This document shows positions 46,550 through 57,191 of a DNA stretch of 64,000 nucleotides, piece after piece; positions within the stretch are counted from its first letter, which is position 1, and every line of letters begins with the position of its first letter. The stretch spans positions 135,303 through 199,302 of the forward strand of contig CAZENF010000001.1 of NCBI GenBank assembly GCA_964513645.1, in the 5' to 3' direction. The DNA is from an uncultured Candidatus Saccharibacteria bacterium (GTDB taxonomy: Bacteria > Patescibacteriota > Minisyncoccia > 2-02-FULL-40-12 > GWA2-44-9). Position numbers and translations under genes: made by a program. A model generated the notes under the pieces. The model was not told the origin of the DNA, did no database searches, and saw only the letters and a list, made by a program, of their open reading frames with translations.

Positions 46550-48319
46550 TTATCTTGTGATTTCAACTCCGTTCTTATAGTAGTTCAGTTCCAGGTCACT
46601 TATGGTAAATATTGCATTCCAGTCCCGACCAGAAGCATCCCATTGAGCTGGAGTAAGGTGAAGCCAGTGCTTGGTTCCGGAGGCGATTCCCGTAGAAGTT
46701 CCTCCACGGGAACCTTCGCCTTGCTCCGGCCAAACGGCATACACCTTCTGGTCATTGGCATATTTAACGTAATTTGAAGTTTGGTATGAATCAAAAACTT
46801 CCGGCTCCGGAGAAACCGCCTTCGAAGGGTCAAGTTGTCCGTAAAGTTTAACCACATCCGAGTTAAGATAGCGTTTGTATTTGCCCGAGATAACATATAA
46901 TTCTTTTTCGGTGGGTCTTTTGATCAGCATTCCATCTTGAAGAAGAGGAATATTTTTAACATCCGAACTTTTTACCGAAGAAATCTTTATATTTATCCCG
47001 AAAAGCATCTCATCAGTTCCAAAGTCAGAAATTTTGGTATCTTTGGTCGCAACAACGATCACCTTATCCAAATGTTTGTCCGAAGAATTTACGACAAAAC
47101 CAGTCCCGGAAGCGTTATTTACATTTATCTTATCCAGTCTAACCTGCCCATTACTGTAATAGCTTACTGTTCCAGCAAGGTAACTCTGCCCATTCTGTCC
47201 AGTAACATCTACCCTGAAACTTTGGTTCGGGTCGTTCGATAATTGGCTGACATTGAATTCAAGCCATAAGGGCTGCCAATCTTTGATAGTTTTATAAAAA
47301 TTGTATTCCTGAAGTCCGGGTGAAAGATATATCGTCTGCTCCGGAACAACATGGACAGAGTTAAGACCGGCACGAGTATAACCCAAAACCGGGTCAGCGC
47401 CGATGTTATTCGTATAAACAGCCCCCATCCAATCGACAAAAACATCGCCGAAATTTTCGTAACTGCCATGACTGGCAAGATATTTGTTTATCGAATCAAT
47501 GCCATATGAAGAACCTTTTAAAGTATCGGATAAAATAGAATTTCCGAACCTTTCTGTCAGGTACTCTCCTACCATATTCGCGGCCGCGTAATCAGTTACT
47601 GAATTGGGCCACTCGGTCAGACTATCAGAAGGTTTTTCCAAAAAATCTTGGACCCTATTATCGAGATTTGAACCAAGATAAACATCATTATAACCAAGCA
47701 AGGTTATTGAATATTCAGAGCGGAGTTCGTTTAACCAAGTGGATTCTTGGGAATGACGAAGTAATTCTTTCTGATTAAATGAGATCAGATGCTGGAACTC
47801 GTGCGCCATAAATTCTTTGGCCAGATCGCCTCCGGTTCGAGACAACACATCGCTATTCATGAACATCATTTCTCTTTGATTCGAAGTGGAAACAAGTGAA
47901 CGTGAATATTCATTGGCACTGTTAAAATCCCCGCCGTTGTTTTTTATAAGCTGAGTTACCAGAAGAGTTATCTTTGGGTCATTGTCTATCCCTGGATTTG
48001 GTTCTGAGCCCCAGAATTGGATTTCTTTCGGGTAAATATTGGAATCGAATTCGCTAGTCAATGAGGTTATGTTGGCCACAAGAGAACTTTGTTGTGCCAT
48101 ACTAAGAGAGTTCCAGTAATCATCTTCGACATAGACATATAACTTGTCGCTTGTTTGGCGAAGAGTTGCCGAAACACTTGAGCGACTAAATTTATCGAAC
48201 ACTCGATTAACATAAAAATTTTGACGCTGGCCGACAGTATCAGCAAAAGTTGTGCCGACAAAAAAAAGAAAAAGTAAATAAATTAAAAAAGGATATAAAA
48301 ATTTAGGCCATCTTAGCAT
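46550..48319 (-). CDS. Secreted zinc metallopeptidase (M30-like) with C-terminal surface repeats
   Basis: Signal peptide; GIDNDPKI, AHEFQHLISFNQ, WLNE. Confidence 0.75.
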   Translation of the reverse strand: MLRWPKFLYPFLIYLLFLFFVGTTFADTVGQRQNFYVNRVFDKFSRSSVSATLRQTSDKLYVYVEDDYWNSLSMAQQSSLVANITSLTSEFDSNIYPKEIQFWGSEPNPGIDNDPKITLLVTQLIKNNGGDFNSANEYSRSLVSTSNQREMMFMNSDVLSRTGGDLAKEFMAHEFQHLISFNQKELLRHSQESTWLNELRSEYSITLLGYNDVYLGSNLDNRVQDFLEKPSDSLTEWPNSVTDYAAANMVGEYLTERFGNSILSDTLKGSSYGIDSINKYLASHGSYENFGDVFVDWMGAVYTNNIGADPVLGYTRAGLNSVHVVPEQTIYLSPGLQEYNFYKTIKDWQPLWLEFNVSQLSNDPNQSFRVDVTGQNGQSYLAGTVSYYSNGQVRLDKINVNNASGTGFVVNSSDKHLDKVIVVATKDTKISDFGTDEMLFGINIKISSVKSSDVKNIPLLQDGMLIKRPTEKELYVISGKYKRYLNSDVVKLYGQLDPSKAVSPEPEVFDSYQTSNYVKYANDQKVYAVWPEQGEGSRGGTSTGIASGTKHWLHLTPAQWDASGRDWNAIFTISDLELNYYKNGVEITR

Positions 48320-48346
48320 AATTTAATTATATCTTTTTTAAGAGTT

Positions 48347-49252
48347 TTACTTAAGACCCGACAAGGATTTGAGTTCTGCAAGACCTTCCTCGATCTTTAC
48401 CCTTGGCTTCCATCCGAGTAGTTTAAGGGCGAGGGAATTGTCGGCTAAAGTGTGTTTAGGTTCAAGCCGGGCCGGGATATATTTGACCGGTCCGCCGATA
48501 AGTTTGGTAATGAGGTTTATAGACTGGTTCTTACCGGCTCCGATATTAATGACCTCGCCGTGGCCCACTTTTTTTGAGCTCATCGCCAGAATATTCGCCC
48601 GGACAACATCCCTGACATGAGTAAAATCTCTGGTCTGTTCGCCGTCGCCGGTAATAGTCATCGGCTCGCCAAATGAACGCTGTTTTAGAAATCTGCCGAC
48701 GACAAGAGCATAAGCACCCTCGGGATCGAGCCTTGGTCCGTAGACATTAAAGTAACGAAGTGAAACGGTGGACAGTCCGTATATTTCACTCCAGAGACGG
48801 CAATAAAGTTCACCGATATATTTTTGGAGACCGTAAGGACTTTTTGGCATTGCCGGAAAATTTTCTTTTAAAGGCATTTTTTTCTGGTCGCCATAAACGG
48901 AACTTGAGGCTGAATATATCAGACGTTTAACTCCGGCCTTCTGGCTAGCCATCAGAACATTCAATGTTCCCGAAACGTTAGTCTTGTTGGCAGTATCGGG
49001 TTCTTCGATCGAGAACTGTACACGCGGTAAAGCGGCAAGATGAAAAACATAATCCACCCCTTTAAAAAGCGGTTCAATCGCTCCGAGGTCGTTTATATCT
49101 CTAACATAAAGCTTCGCTTTTTTATTTACGTTTTCCTTTTTGCCGTTGGACAGATTGTCTATGACCAAAACCTCAAAACCTTGTTCGATAAGAGCATCCG
49201 TTAAATTTGAACCGATAAATCCGGCTCCACCGGTAACAAGTGCTTTTTTCAT
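48347..49252 (-). CDS. NAD-dependent nucleotide-sugar epimerase
   Basis: TGGAGFIGS, SSSVYG, YGLQK, RYFNVYGP, QTRDFTHV. Confidence 0.92.
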   Translation of the reverse strand: MKKALVTGGAGFIGSNLTDALIEQGFEVLVIDNLSNGKKENVNKKAKLYVRDINDLGAIEPLFKGVDYVFHLAALPRVQFSIEEPDTANKTNVSGTLNVLMASQKAGVKRLIYSASSSVYGDQKKMPLKENFPAMPKSPYGLQKYIGELYCRLWSEIYGLSTVSLRYFNVYGPRLDPEGAYALVVGRFLKQRSFGEPMTITGDGEQTRDFTHVRDVVRANILAMSSKKVGHGEVINIGAGKNQSINLITKLIGGPVKYIPARLEPKHTLADNSLALKLLGWKPRVKIEEGLAELKSLSGLK

Positions 49253-50223
49253 TGTCTTATTTTTTTCCGCTTTTGAAGAATTATCTCCTTGTCATGCCTG
49301 GAAACTTCGGCCATGGCCAGACCTTGAGACTTAATAAGCGTTTCGTTATAGTTTCTGACTGATTTTAAAACCGCCAGACCCGCCTTCATTACGTTTAAAT
49401 GTTCTTTGTCGAGAATTTTTTTATCCGTTGCACTTTTTTCGAGTTCTTGACCAAAAGCAATGAAAGCATTCATATCCTTCGGAAAACAATAGCCCCCGGC
49501 ACCGGAATAATCTCCGTGGTTAACGTTGAGCCAGGCCGGACCGATCCGTAGATCGGCTCCGATAATTTCCCGGATATTATCATAATCAACTTTAATACCT
49601 CGAACCTTTATCATTGCATAACAAAGATCGGCCAGAATATTGCCGTAGATAACTTTTACATAACCAAAAACATTTGAAGCATATTTGCCAAATTCAGCTT
49701 CTGTAGCATTGACCGATTTTTTTGAGTAATCCGAAGTCCAGGGACGTATGAAATTTTTCTTAGGCAAGAGATTAAGAACTTCCACAGTGTCCGAAACGCT
49801 TTTAGCAGTGTGGCCGATTATCTGGCGATCGGGTGACAAAAAATCCTCCCAGGCCTGTGATTCGGTCAAAAATTCAGGATTAAATATGAGGCGTTTTTTA
49901 GGATATTTTTTTTGAAGACTTTCAATAGTCCCCGGAACAATCGTTGATTTAACAACCACCACTTTTCCCTCCTTTATTGACGCAACCGCCGCTTCAACGA
50001 GAGAAGTATTACAGCTACCGTCCGGGTTTGGAGGAGTCGGAACAGAAACAAATATTATATCCGCCAGATTCACATCATCAGTATAACCTTTCTTCGGATC
50101 AACATCGTAGCAAAACAGGTCACGCCCACGTTTATAACCGTTTATTTCTTCGAACCATTTTCTTATCGGTCCGCCGACCATGCCGATACCGATAATGCCT
50201 ATTTTTAGTTTGGTTCGTGACAT
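49249..50223 (-). CDS. UDP-glucose/GDP-mannose dehydrogenase family protein (no C-terminal domain)
   Basis: GIGMVG, VPTP, KSTIVPG, NPEFL, GGYCFPKD. Confidence 0.88.
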   Translation of the reverse strand: MSRTKLKIGIIGIGMVGGPIRKWFEEINGYKRGRDLFCYDVDPKKGYTDDVNLADIIFVSVPTPPNPDGSCNTSLVEAAVASIKEGKVVVVKSTIVPGTIESLQKKYPKKRLIFNPEFLTESQAWEDFLSPDRQIIGHTAKSVSDTVEVLNLLPKKNFIRPWTSDYSKKSVNATEAEFGKYASNVFGYVKVIYGNILADLCYAMIKVRGIKVDYDNIREIIGADLRIGPAWLNVNHGDYSGAGGYCFPKDMNAFIAFGQELEKSATDKKILDKEHLNVMKAGLAVLKSVRNYNETLIKSQGLAMAEVSRHDKEIILQKRKKIRQ

Positions 50224-50304
50224 TGATTAAGAATATACCATTAAAATAGTTATGAGTCAATTGGTTGACTAAACAATGGTTTTGCTTTATTATATTTAAT
50301 AATT

Positions 50305-50410
50305 ATGAATCCCGTACGAAGTCAGATTCGCTTTAAAAGTGCGAATTAGGCAGATATTCTTAAGACTTCTTCGTAACATGATTTCAACGGGATACTTCGT
50401 ACGGGATGAA
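50305..50410 (+). mobile_element. Miniature inverted-repeat element on the sugar-transferase start codon (101 bp plus duplicated ATGAA)
   Basis: ATGAATCCCGTACGAAGT...ACTTCGTACGGGATGAA. Confidence 0.85.
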
Positions 50411-51722
50411 GAGATTTGGCCTTCTTTTTCTTGATATAGCCGCATTATATGCTGCTTTAACTTTAACGGTCCTTGTAAGATATCCGGATAATTTTGCTTA
50501 CCAATTCGGCCTCCATTCCGGGCCTTTTTTGTTCCTTTTTATTTTATGGCTCATGGTTTTTTATATTACCAATCTTTATGAGCTAAGTTTTCTTAAGAAT
50601 AATATAAATTTTTATACCAGTATTTTCCGAGCAATAGCTTTTGCTTCGTCAATCTCTATCGGTGTGTTTTATCTGCTGCCGATATTTAGCATCACTCCAA
50701 AAACCAACCTGGCTATTTTTATAGTCATATTTGCGGGAATAGTCATGGGCAGCCGGACCCTATTCAATAGGGCCAGCACCAAAGGCGCCAAGAGACCCCT
50801 TCTCATTGTCGGAGTTAACCAACAAACTCTTGATCTTGCAAAATTCATCGAACAAAATCCTCAACTCGGCTACGAACTTAAATACATAATGGATATCGGT
50901 AAAGAAGGCATCCGCGACGTCGACAAATTAATAAGACGGGAGAGAATAAACACGGTTGTCATTGCGCCCGAGGCCTATCAGGTCCCGACAATAGTTGATG
51001 TTTTCTACCGCTCACTCGACAATCAGGTTACTTTTAAGAACCTGTCGAATTTTTACGAAGAACTTACCAATCGTGTTCCTTTGGGTGCAATAAATCAGAT
51101 CTGGTTCCTGGAAAATTTAAGTGAAGGCAACAAAAGAACATACGAGGTCTTGAAAAGATTCTTTGATATTATTTTTTCGGTTCTCTTAAGCATAGTTGTC
51201 CTGCCATTTATACCTCTATTCTCTCTGGCCGTTAAACTCGAATCGTCCGGGCCGGTGTTTTATCGTCAAAGAAGACTGGGACAGAACGGAAAAATATTCG
51301 AGATAATAAAATTCCGGACCATGTCCAAAGATGCCGAGGCAAAAAGCGGCGCGGTTTGGGCCAAAGAGAACGATTCCCGCATTACCCGGCTCGGAAAAAT
51401 ATTCAGAAAGGCGAGAATAGATGAGTTGCCACAGCTTTGGAATATTTTAAGAGGTGAAATGTCGTTTGTCGGTCCAAGAGCCGAAAGGCCCGAGTTCCAT
51501 GACAAATTAAAGAACAACATCCCTTTTTATGAAGGGCGTTACATAATTAAGCCAGGTCTCTCGGGCTGGGCCCAGATAAATTACCGCTACGGTTCGTCCG
51601 TAGAGGATGCGGCAGAAAAACTTCAATATGATCTCTACTACATCAAGAACCGTTCGCTTATTCTTGATCTGGGTATCATTCTAAAAACAATAGATATTTC
51701 TCTTAAGCAGGAGGGTCGGTAA
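50406..51722 (+). CDS. Undecaprenyl-phosphate glycosyl-1-phosphate transferase (WcaJ/WbaP-like)
   Basis: KRFFDI, KFRTM, IDELPQLWNILRGEMSFVGPRAE, KPGLSGWAQ. Confidence 0.93.
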   Translation: MKRFGLLFLDIAALYAALTLTVLVRYPDNFAYQFGLHSGPFLFLFILWLMVFYITNLYELSFLKNNINFYTSIFRAIAFASSISIGVFYLLPIFSITPKTNLAIFIVIFAGIVMGSRTLFNRASTKGAKRPLLIVGVNQQTLDLAKFIEQNPQLGYELKYIMDIGKEGIRDVDKLIRRERINTVVIAPEAYQVPTIVDVFYRSLDNQVTFKNLSNFYEELTNRVPLGAINQIWFLENLSEGNKRTYEVLKRFFDIIFSVLLSIVVLPFIPLFSLAVKLESSGPVFYRQRRLGQNGKIFEIIKFRTMSKDAEAKSGAVWAKENDSRITRLGKIFRKARIDELPQLWNILRGEMSFVGPRAERPEFHDKLKNNIPFYEGRYIIKPGLSGWAQINYRYGSSVEDAAEKLQYDLYYIKNRSLILDLGIILKTIDISLKQEGR

Positions 51723-51742
51723 TAAAAATAAATTCAAAAAAT

Positions 51743-51773
51743 AAAAATCCCCTGCCGACGGCGGGGGATTTTT
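51743..51773 (+). terminator. Intrinsic terminator
   Basis: AAAAATCCCC...GGGGATTTTT. Confidence 0.7.
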
Positions 51774-51846
51774 ATTAACTTATCAACAAAAATTCTTTTT
51801 AATTTTTTTTTTAACTCTATAATTAAAGTATAAATTAAATCCGTCT

Positions 51847-52389
51847 ATGCTGCCTACCAAAATATTTTTCACCAAAGGAGCCGGGACACACAAGGAATAT
51901 TTATCTTCTTTTGAGTTGGCCTTGCGTTCGGCCGGTATCGCTCAATATAACCTGGTTTCCGTTTCCAGCATCTATCCACCGAATGTTAAAAAAGTCTCGC
52001 GCGATGAAGGAGTGACCTTACTTCCCGCGGGTTCAGTAATCCCGGCCGTCATCGCCCGCAATTCTACCAATGAACCAAACCGGCTTATTTCGGCTTCAAT
52101 CGGTGTAGCCATCCCGAATGACCCGAGCCAATACGGATATCTTTCCGAACATCATCCCTTCGGCGAGACCGACGAAAAAGCCGGTGAATATGCCGAAGAT
52201 CTTGCCGCAACAATGTTGGCAACGACCTTAGGTGTAGAATTTGATCCCGAAATTTCCTGGGATGAAAAAGAGCAATTGTTCAAAGCTTCCGGCCAGATAA
52301 TCAGAACCACGAACTTTACTCAATCAGCCATCGGTAACAAAGACGGCCTCTGGACTACTGTCGTCGCGGTTGCGGTATTAATAGAATAA
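51847..52389 (+). CDS. pdaD: Pyruvoyl-dependent arginine decarboxylase
   Basis: [21 protein letters not shown] autocleavage motif, GYLSEHH. Confidence 0.88.
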   Translation: MLPTKIFFTKGAGTHKEYLSSFELALRSAGIAQYNLVSVSSIYPPNVKKVSRDEGVTLLPAGSVIPAVIARNSTNEPNRLISASIGVAIPNDPSQYGYLSEHHPFGETDEKAGEYAEDLAATMLATTLGVEFDPEISWDEKEQLFKASGQIIRTTNFTQSAIGNKDGLWTTVVAVAVLIE

Positions 52390-52437
52390 TCTATTGGTAT
52401 CAAAAACCCACCGTCAGGCGGATTTTTTATTTCCTAT

Positions 52438-54669
52438 CTACCACTGTCTGCCGATTGATTTAACAAAGGCCTGGGCTTCGGCGGTATATTTATCGTCCAC
52501 CGTCGCAGCGGCATGAGCCTGTTCAACAGCTTTATCAAGCATTCCGGCTTTGGCATAAGCTACGGCAAGCGTCGCGTGATATTGTCCGTTATCCGGATAA
52601 TTGGCTACAAGCATCTCGGAAACCCAGACTATTCTAGCCAAATCCCCTTTCTTTTCATAAAGACTAAGAAGTTTCTGAAGGTCCGGTTCGGCCGGTCCGT
52701 ATTTATGGGTTTCGATTATATTTTCAAGAATGCTTAAACCGAGGTCGACATTGCCTCTCTGAATTTCTACCACACCCCAATACCAGGAAGATATTCCGGC
52801 GTCCGGATTTAATTGGGCCGCTTCTTTAAAATATTTTGCAGCGTTATCATAATCTTTTTTATTCAGATATGCTTGACCTATTTCATAATATGTCCTGATG
52901 AAGGTTGGAGAAATTTTAAGTGCGGCCATCGAATACTCGAGAGACTTATCGTTATAAGGAGATTTATCGTCGTCTTTGCCCAGAGTTACATATAATCTTG
53001 CTTCGTAAAGATAAGGCAGATAGTCCGGCTTATTCTCGTCGATATTTTTCTGAACTTGAGCGGCAGCGTCAAGAGTCGCATCGATATATGTCTGATTGAT
53101 CTGGGAAGGAACATTTTCAATTATAAACTGGGCGTATCTGTTCCGGTACTCGTACTTGCCAGGAGCATCGTATGATGTCGCTTCCTGGAATTTAGCGACG
53201 GCGGCCGGAAAATCTTTAGCCCAGCCGGCGATTATGCCCCGGGTCGAGGCATAATTGGCCAGTGAAGTCTGGATATTTACCATATAGATACAGATGAACG
53301 ACGTCACGAAAAGAGCCGCCCCGGTCATGACCCAAAGACCCTGATTTACTCTCCGCTGAATCGGTTTTTTATTCTCAACAGTTTTTGGAACAGAAAGATA
53401 TGATATGAACCCGAGGATAGTAAAGAAAACCAGAAAATTTGCAGAAGTATCAAAGATAAAAGAATTGTGAATAACATAGGCGATGAGTAATGATATAAAA
53501 CCGACACCGTACAGAGTGGTATCTTTGTTGTGGATGTTCTTCCATAAAGACTGGAAACTTGAAATAAATATCCAAATGTATGTTCCGAGTCCAAGAAGCC
53601 CCATTGTTACAAGTATCTCGACGAACATATTGTGAGCCCGGTCGAATAAGGTTTCCGCACCCGGTCCACTGAAGAATTTAGGATTAAAATATTTCGAGAA
53701 CGGCACATCAAAATTTTCAGGACCCCAGCCGAGCAAAATTGTTTTTGGTCCTTCCTTCCAGCCTTTTAAGCCGGCCTGCCAAGCCCAAAAACGCGTCTTA
53801 ACTGTCTGGTCGGTCAAAGAAAAATTAGTGATCCTTTTCAAATAACCTGAATTCTGGACAAGCGGTGTATTTTTCAATAAAAGAGCGGCCACCACAAACA
53901 CTGCCGCAAGCGCTATCAAAGTTAAAAGTATTTTCTTCGCCTTTTGAGAACGATAAGCCGAGGAATAGAGCAAAGCAAATGTCAAAAAGCCGACACAAAT
54001 ACCAAGTATCGAGCCTCTGACCACGGTCATAAAGGCAGCAATGAACATTATCAAAGCGGAGCTACCGTAAAATATCCTGAAATTCTTTGAGATCCCCGAC
54101 TTGAATATGAACATTCCGGACAGAAAAGCCAATAATATCTGATACCCGGCAAACAAGGCCGGGTTGCCGATCGTACCGAATATTCTTTCGCGGCCACCAG
54201 AACCGATAAAGAAGTCGATGTTTGTCCTTTGGCCGAAACCATAAAAAGCCGAGAGGACCCCAGCAAATATCATTACATCGAAGAGTCTTATCCAGTCCTT
54301 TTCGTTCTTAAATACTGAAATCAAGATTATAAAGTAAACAAAATAATGCCAGAATGTTACCGCTCCGCCCATCCTTTCAAGAGAACCCCAGGCGCTAATA
54401 TAAGGTATAACGCTGGTGATAGCAGTCAGGGTAAAGGCACAGGCAAAAAAGAAAAAAGCCCAGCTGACCCGCGTCATCTTCGGTAAATAGCTCCCGTCCT
54501 TCCAAATCAGAAGAATGTAAAAAACAACCATCAATTCGACAATACTTCTGAACACAACCACCTTTCCGAAATGGAAAGGTGAAATAAAATCATTAAAAAT
54601 TATCAGCGGCATAAAAGCCGCACCATAGATGAACCAACGCAATATCTTAGCAAAAACGTGTTCTTTCAT
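52438..54669 (-). CDS. O-antigen ligase (WaaL/PglL-like) with C-terminal TPRs
   Basis: Multi-TM; GTIGNP, GWGPENF, DRAHN; TPR-like C-terminus. Confidence 0.85.
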   Translation of the reverse strand: MKEHVFAKILRWFIYGAAFMPLIIFNDFISPFHFGKVVVFRSIVELMVVFYILLIWKDGSYLPKMTRVSWAFFFFACAFTLTAITSVIPYISAWGSLERMGGAVTFWHYFVYFIILISVFKNEKDWIRLFDVMIFAGVLSAFYGFGQRTNIDFFIGSGGRERIFGTIGNPALFAGYQILLAFLSGMFIFKSGISKNFRIFYGSSALIMFIAAFMTVVRGSILGICVGFLTFALLYSSAYRSQKAKKILLTLIALAAVFVVAALLLKNTPLVQNSGYLKRITNFSLTDQTVKTRFWAWQAGLKGWKEGPKTILLGWGPENFDVPFSKYFNPKFFSGPGAETLFDRAHNMFVEILVTMGLLGLGTYIWIFISSFQSLWKNIHNKDTTLYGVGFISLLIAYVIHNSFIFDTSANFLVFFTILGFISYLSVPKTVENKKPIQRRVNQGLWVMTGAALFVTSFICIYMVNIQTSLANYASTRGIIAGWAKDFPAAVAKFQEATSYDAPGKYEYRNRYAQFIIENVPSQINQTYIDATLDAAAQVQKNIDENKPDYLPYLYEARLYVTLGKDDDKSPYNDKSLEYSMAALKISPTFIRTYYEIGQAYLNKKDYDNAAKYFKEAAQLNPDAGISSWYWGVVEIQRGNVDLGLSILENIIETHKYGPAEPDLQKLLSLYEKKGDLARIVWVSEMLVANYPDNGQYHATLAVAYAKAGMLDKAVEQAHAAATVDDKYTAEAQAFVKSIGRQW

Positions 54670-54715
54670 ACCGTAAAAGATTACCACAAAAAAGTTTTAA
54701 TTCAAAATTTAATTC

Positions 54716-56029
54716 TTACGTTTCAAGCTTTCTTGAAAGATATATAAATGAGATGAGATGGCTGATCGTGAACCAGAGCGTAACCATTATCACTGCGCCC
54801 CAGATAGCAAAATTTGCGACCAGCCATAAACCTAAAGGAATACCCGCGGCAAGTGTCACAATATTTATAAGGATAGAAACTTTGACCCGGTTGACCGCCC
54901 GCCACATAGGACCGAGACCGATGCCGATGCCGTAAAATGCACCGTAAACGAAAAATCCAAAAATATACTTAATGCTCGGCAGAAATCTTGAACCGTAAAT
55001 TATCTTGAACAAGATCGGAGCCGCAATTACTCCGCCCGCGGTAAGAAGCGCCGACAATGCCATCGCGTACAACGATACTCTGACAAAATTCTGGCGGAGA
55101 CGATGGGTTTCTCCGGCCTGCATTTTAGGAAACTCGACGTTCAAAAGTATCGATATCGGACCAAGAAGGCTCATTATCAAATTTATATATCCGAAAGCGA
55201 GTTTAAAAAAAGAGACCTCGGAAACCGTTACATATGCCCCGACGATCAGAACCGGCAGTATCATATATAGCATCGAGATGTTGCGGTCCAAGGCAACCCA
55301 GAAACTGAAACCGAAATATTTTTTATAATCTATTTTCGACCCGTGAATCAGATTTCTTATCGAGGGCAGGATGGGGTTGGATCTTTTTATCTTTTCCCAG
55401 ACAACCACTGAAATTATAAAAACTATCATGGCACCGATGAGATGCGCGCTGACTGCACCGGCAATACCAAATCCCAGAAGGACCAGAATCAATGAGAGCG
55501 ACCAACGGGTGACCTGATCAACAACACCCAACGACATCATATCCTGTATCCTGCCGGTTATCTGAAGGGCAATGGTCGAGAAAGAAAAAAAAGAATTGGA
55601 AATTATCCCCGCCAGAACAACAATCATTGCATAGAACCCTATCATTGAGTTATGGTAGTATTTTGCCGATATTAAAGGCGCAAAAAATATCAGAGTCAAG
55701 GAGATCAAAGAAGTAATGATCGTGATGCCGAAAAGAAATCTAAAAATATTAAAAATCTCTTTTTCGTCTTTTTTGGTATAGCTTGCGCCGAGCAGAGATG
55801 AAGCGGCATCCTGAACGCCGGTGGCGAGAAGAATGCTTAAGAGCGAGGCCAAACTCATCGACAAACTATAAACACCAAAACGCTCTGGCTGCAAAAGCCG
55901 AGCCAAAAAAATACCGACCACCGCCTGGGTCATCGTTTCTATCAAATTACCTGCCTGGAGGGTAAAGGCCTGGCGGACGAACCAATGCTGTCGGTAGTAT
56001 TCGATTTTTCCCCTGATATTACTAAGCAT
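54716..56029 (-). CDS. Oligosaccharide flippase (Wzx)
   Basis: LARLLQPERFGVY; ~12 TM segments; polysaccharide cluster context. Confidence 0.85.
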   Translation of the reverse strand: MLSNIRGKIEYYRQHWFVRQAFTLQAGNLIETMTQAVVGIFLARLLQPERFGVYSLSMSLASLLSILLATGVQDAASSLLGASYTKKDEKEIFNIFRFLFGITIITSLISLTLIFFAPLISAKYYHNSMIGFYAMIVVLAGIISNSFFSFSTIALQITGRIQDMMSLGVVDQVTRWSLSLILVLLGFGIAGAVSAHLIGAMIVFIISVVVWEKIKRSNPILPSIRNLIHGSKIDYKKYFGFSFWVALDRNISMLYMILPVLIVGAYVTVSEVSFFKLAFGYINLIMSLLGPISILLNVEFPKMQAGETHRLRQNFVRVSLYAMALSALLTAGGVIAAPILFKIIYGSRFLPSIKYIFGFFVYGAFYGIGIGLGPMWRAVNRVKVSILINIVTLAAGIPLGLWLVANFAIWGAVIMVTLWFTISHLISFIYLSRKLET

Positions 56030-56105
56030 TTGATGAAAATCCTTATAACTATACCCTAAAAATCAGGGATTGTAAAAAAATTTTTTTTATAATAATCTTC
56101 TAACA

Positions 56106-57191
56106 ATGGCTCGAAACAAGAAAATCAAAACCGCTCTCATAACCGGCATTACCGGCCAAGATGGCTCGTACCTCGCCGAATTCCTACTGCACAAACACTA
56201 CGACGTTCACGGCATCATCCGCCGCGCTTCGACTTTCAATACCGTCAGACTGAATAACATTTATCAGGACCCTCATGTCGTTGACAGAAAATTAACCCTT
56301 CATTACGGGGATCTTGCCGATGCCGGAACGATAAGAAAGATAATTTACAAAATTAAACCGGATGAAATATACAATCTTGGCGCCCAGTCCCATGTCAAAG
56401 TTTCTTTTGAGATTCCTGAATATACGATGGACATCACCGGCAATGGTGCCCTCCGGGTTCTTGATGCAATAAGGGACTTTGAACAGGATACCGGCAAAAA
56501 AGTTAAATTTTACCAGGCCTCAAGTTCCGAAATGTTCGGTGCCTCTCCCCCGCGCCAGAATGAGAAAACTCCCTTCAAACCTCAGAGTCCGTACGGTGCC
56601 GCGAAGGTTTTTGCCTATAACATGACCAACCTTTACCGCGAAGCTTACGGAATATTCACGGTCAACGGAATTTTATTCAACCACGAGTCCCCGCGCCGGG
56701 GCGAGACTTTCGTCACCCGTAAAATAACCCGGGGCATTGCCCGCATCAAAGCCGGCCTTGATAAAAAAATATATCTCGGCAATCTCGACGCCAAACGCGA
56801 CTGGGGTTATGCGCCCGAATATATGAAAGCAGCCTGGCTGATGATGCAACGCGAAAAACCGGACAATTATGTCATTGGCACCGGCGAAACCCATACTGTC
56901 AGAGAATTCGTGGAGCTGGCTTTTCAAATTGCCGGCCTGGGTGACTGGAAAAAATACGTTGAAGTAGACCCGCGATACTATCGTCCAGCCGAGGTCCACC
57001 ATCTCGTAGCCGATTATGCCAAGGCCAGACGGAACCTTAACTGGCGGCCAAAAACAAAATTCAAAGACTTGGTAAAAATAATGGTCAGAGCAGACTTGAA
57101 TGAATCCCGTACGAAGTCACGCTCGCCACAAGGTGGCGAGTCCGTAGGACCTCGGCGGGGCTACTTCGTACGGGATGAATTTAAAAAATAA
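56106..57191 (+). CDS. gmd: GDP-mannose 4,6-dehydratase, C-terminus extended by an inserted element
   Basis: [43 protein letters not shown]. Confidence 0.97.
   Translation: MARNKKIKTALITGITGQDGSYLAEFLLHKHYDVHGIIRRASTFNTVRLNNIYQDPHVVDRKLTLHYGDLADAGTIRKIIYKIKPDEIYNLGAQSHVKVSFEIPEYTMDITGNGALRVLDAIRDFEQDTGKKVKFYQASSSEMFGASPPRQNEKTPFKPQSPYGAAKVFAYNMTNLYREAYGIFTVNGILFNHESPRRGETFVTRKITRGIARIKAGLDKKIYLGNLDAKRDWGYAPEYMKAAWLMMQREKPDNYVIGTGETHTVREFVELAFQIAGLGDWKKYVEVDPRYYRPAEVHHLVADYAKARRNLNWRPKTKFKDLVKIMVRADLNESRTKSRSPQGGESVGPRRGYFVRDEFKK
57100..57179 (+). mobile_element. Miniature inverted-repeat element on the fcl start codon (75 bp plus duplicated ATGAA)
   Basis: ATGAATCCCGTACGAAGT...ACTTCGTACGGGATGAA; adds 25 codons in frame to gmd. 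Confidence 0.85.
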
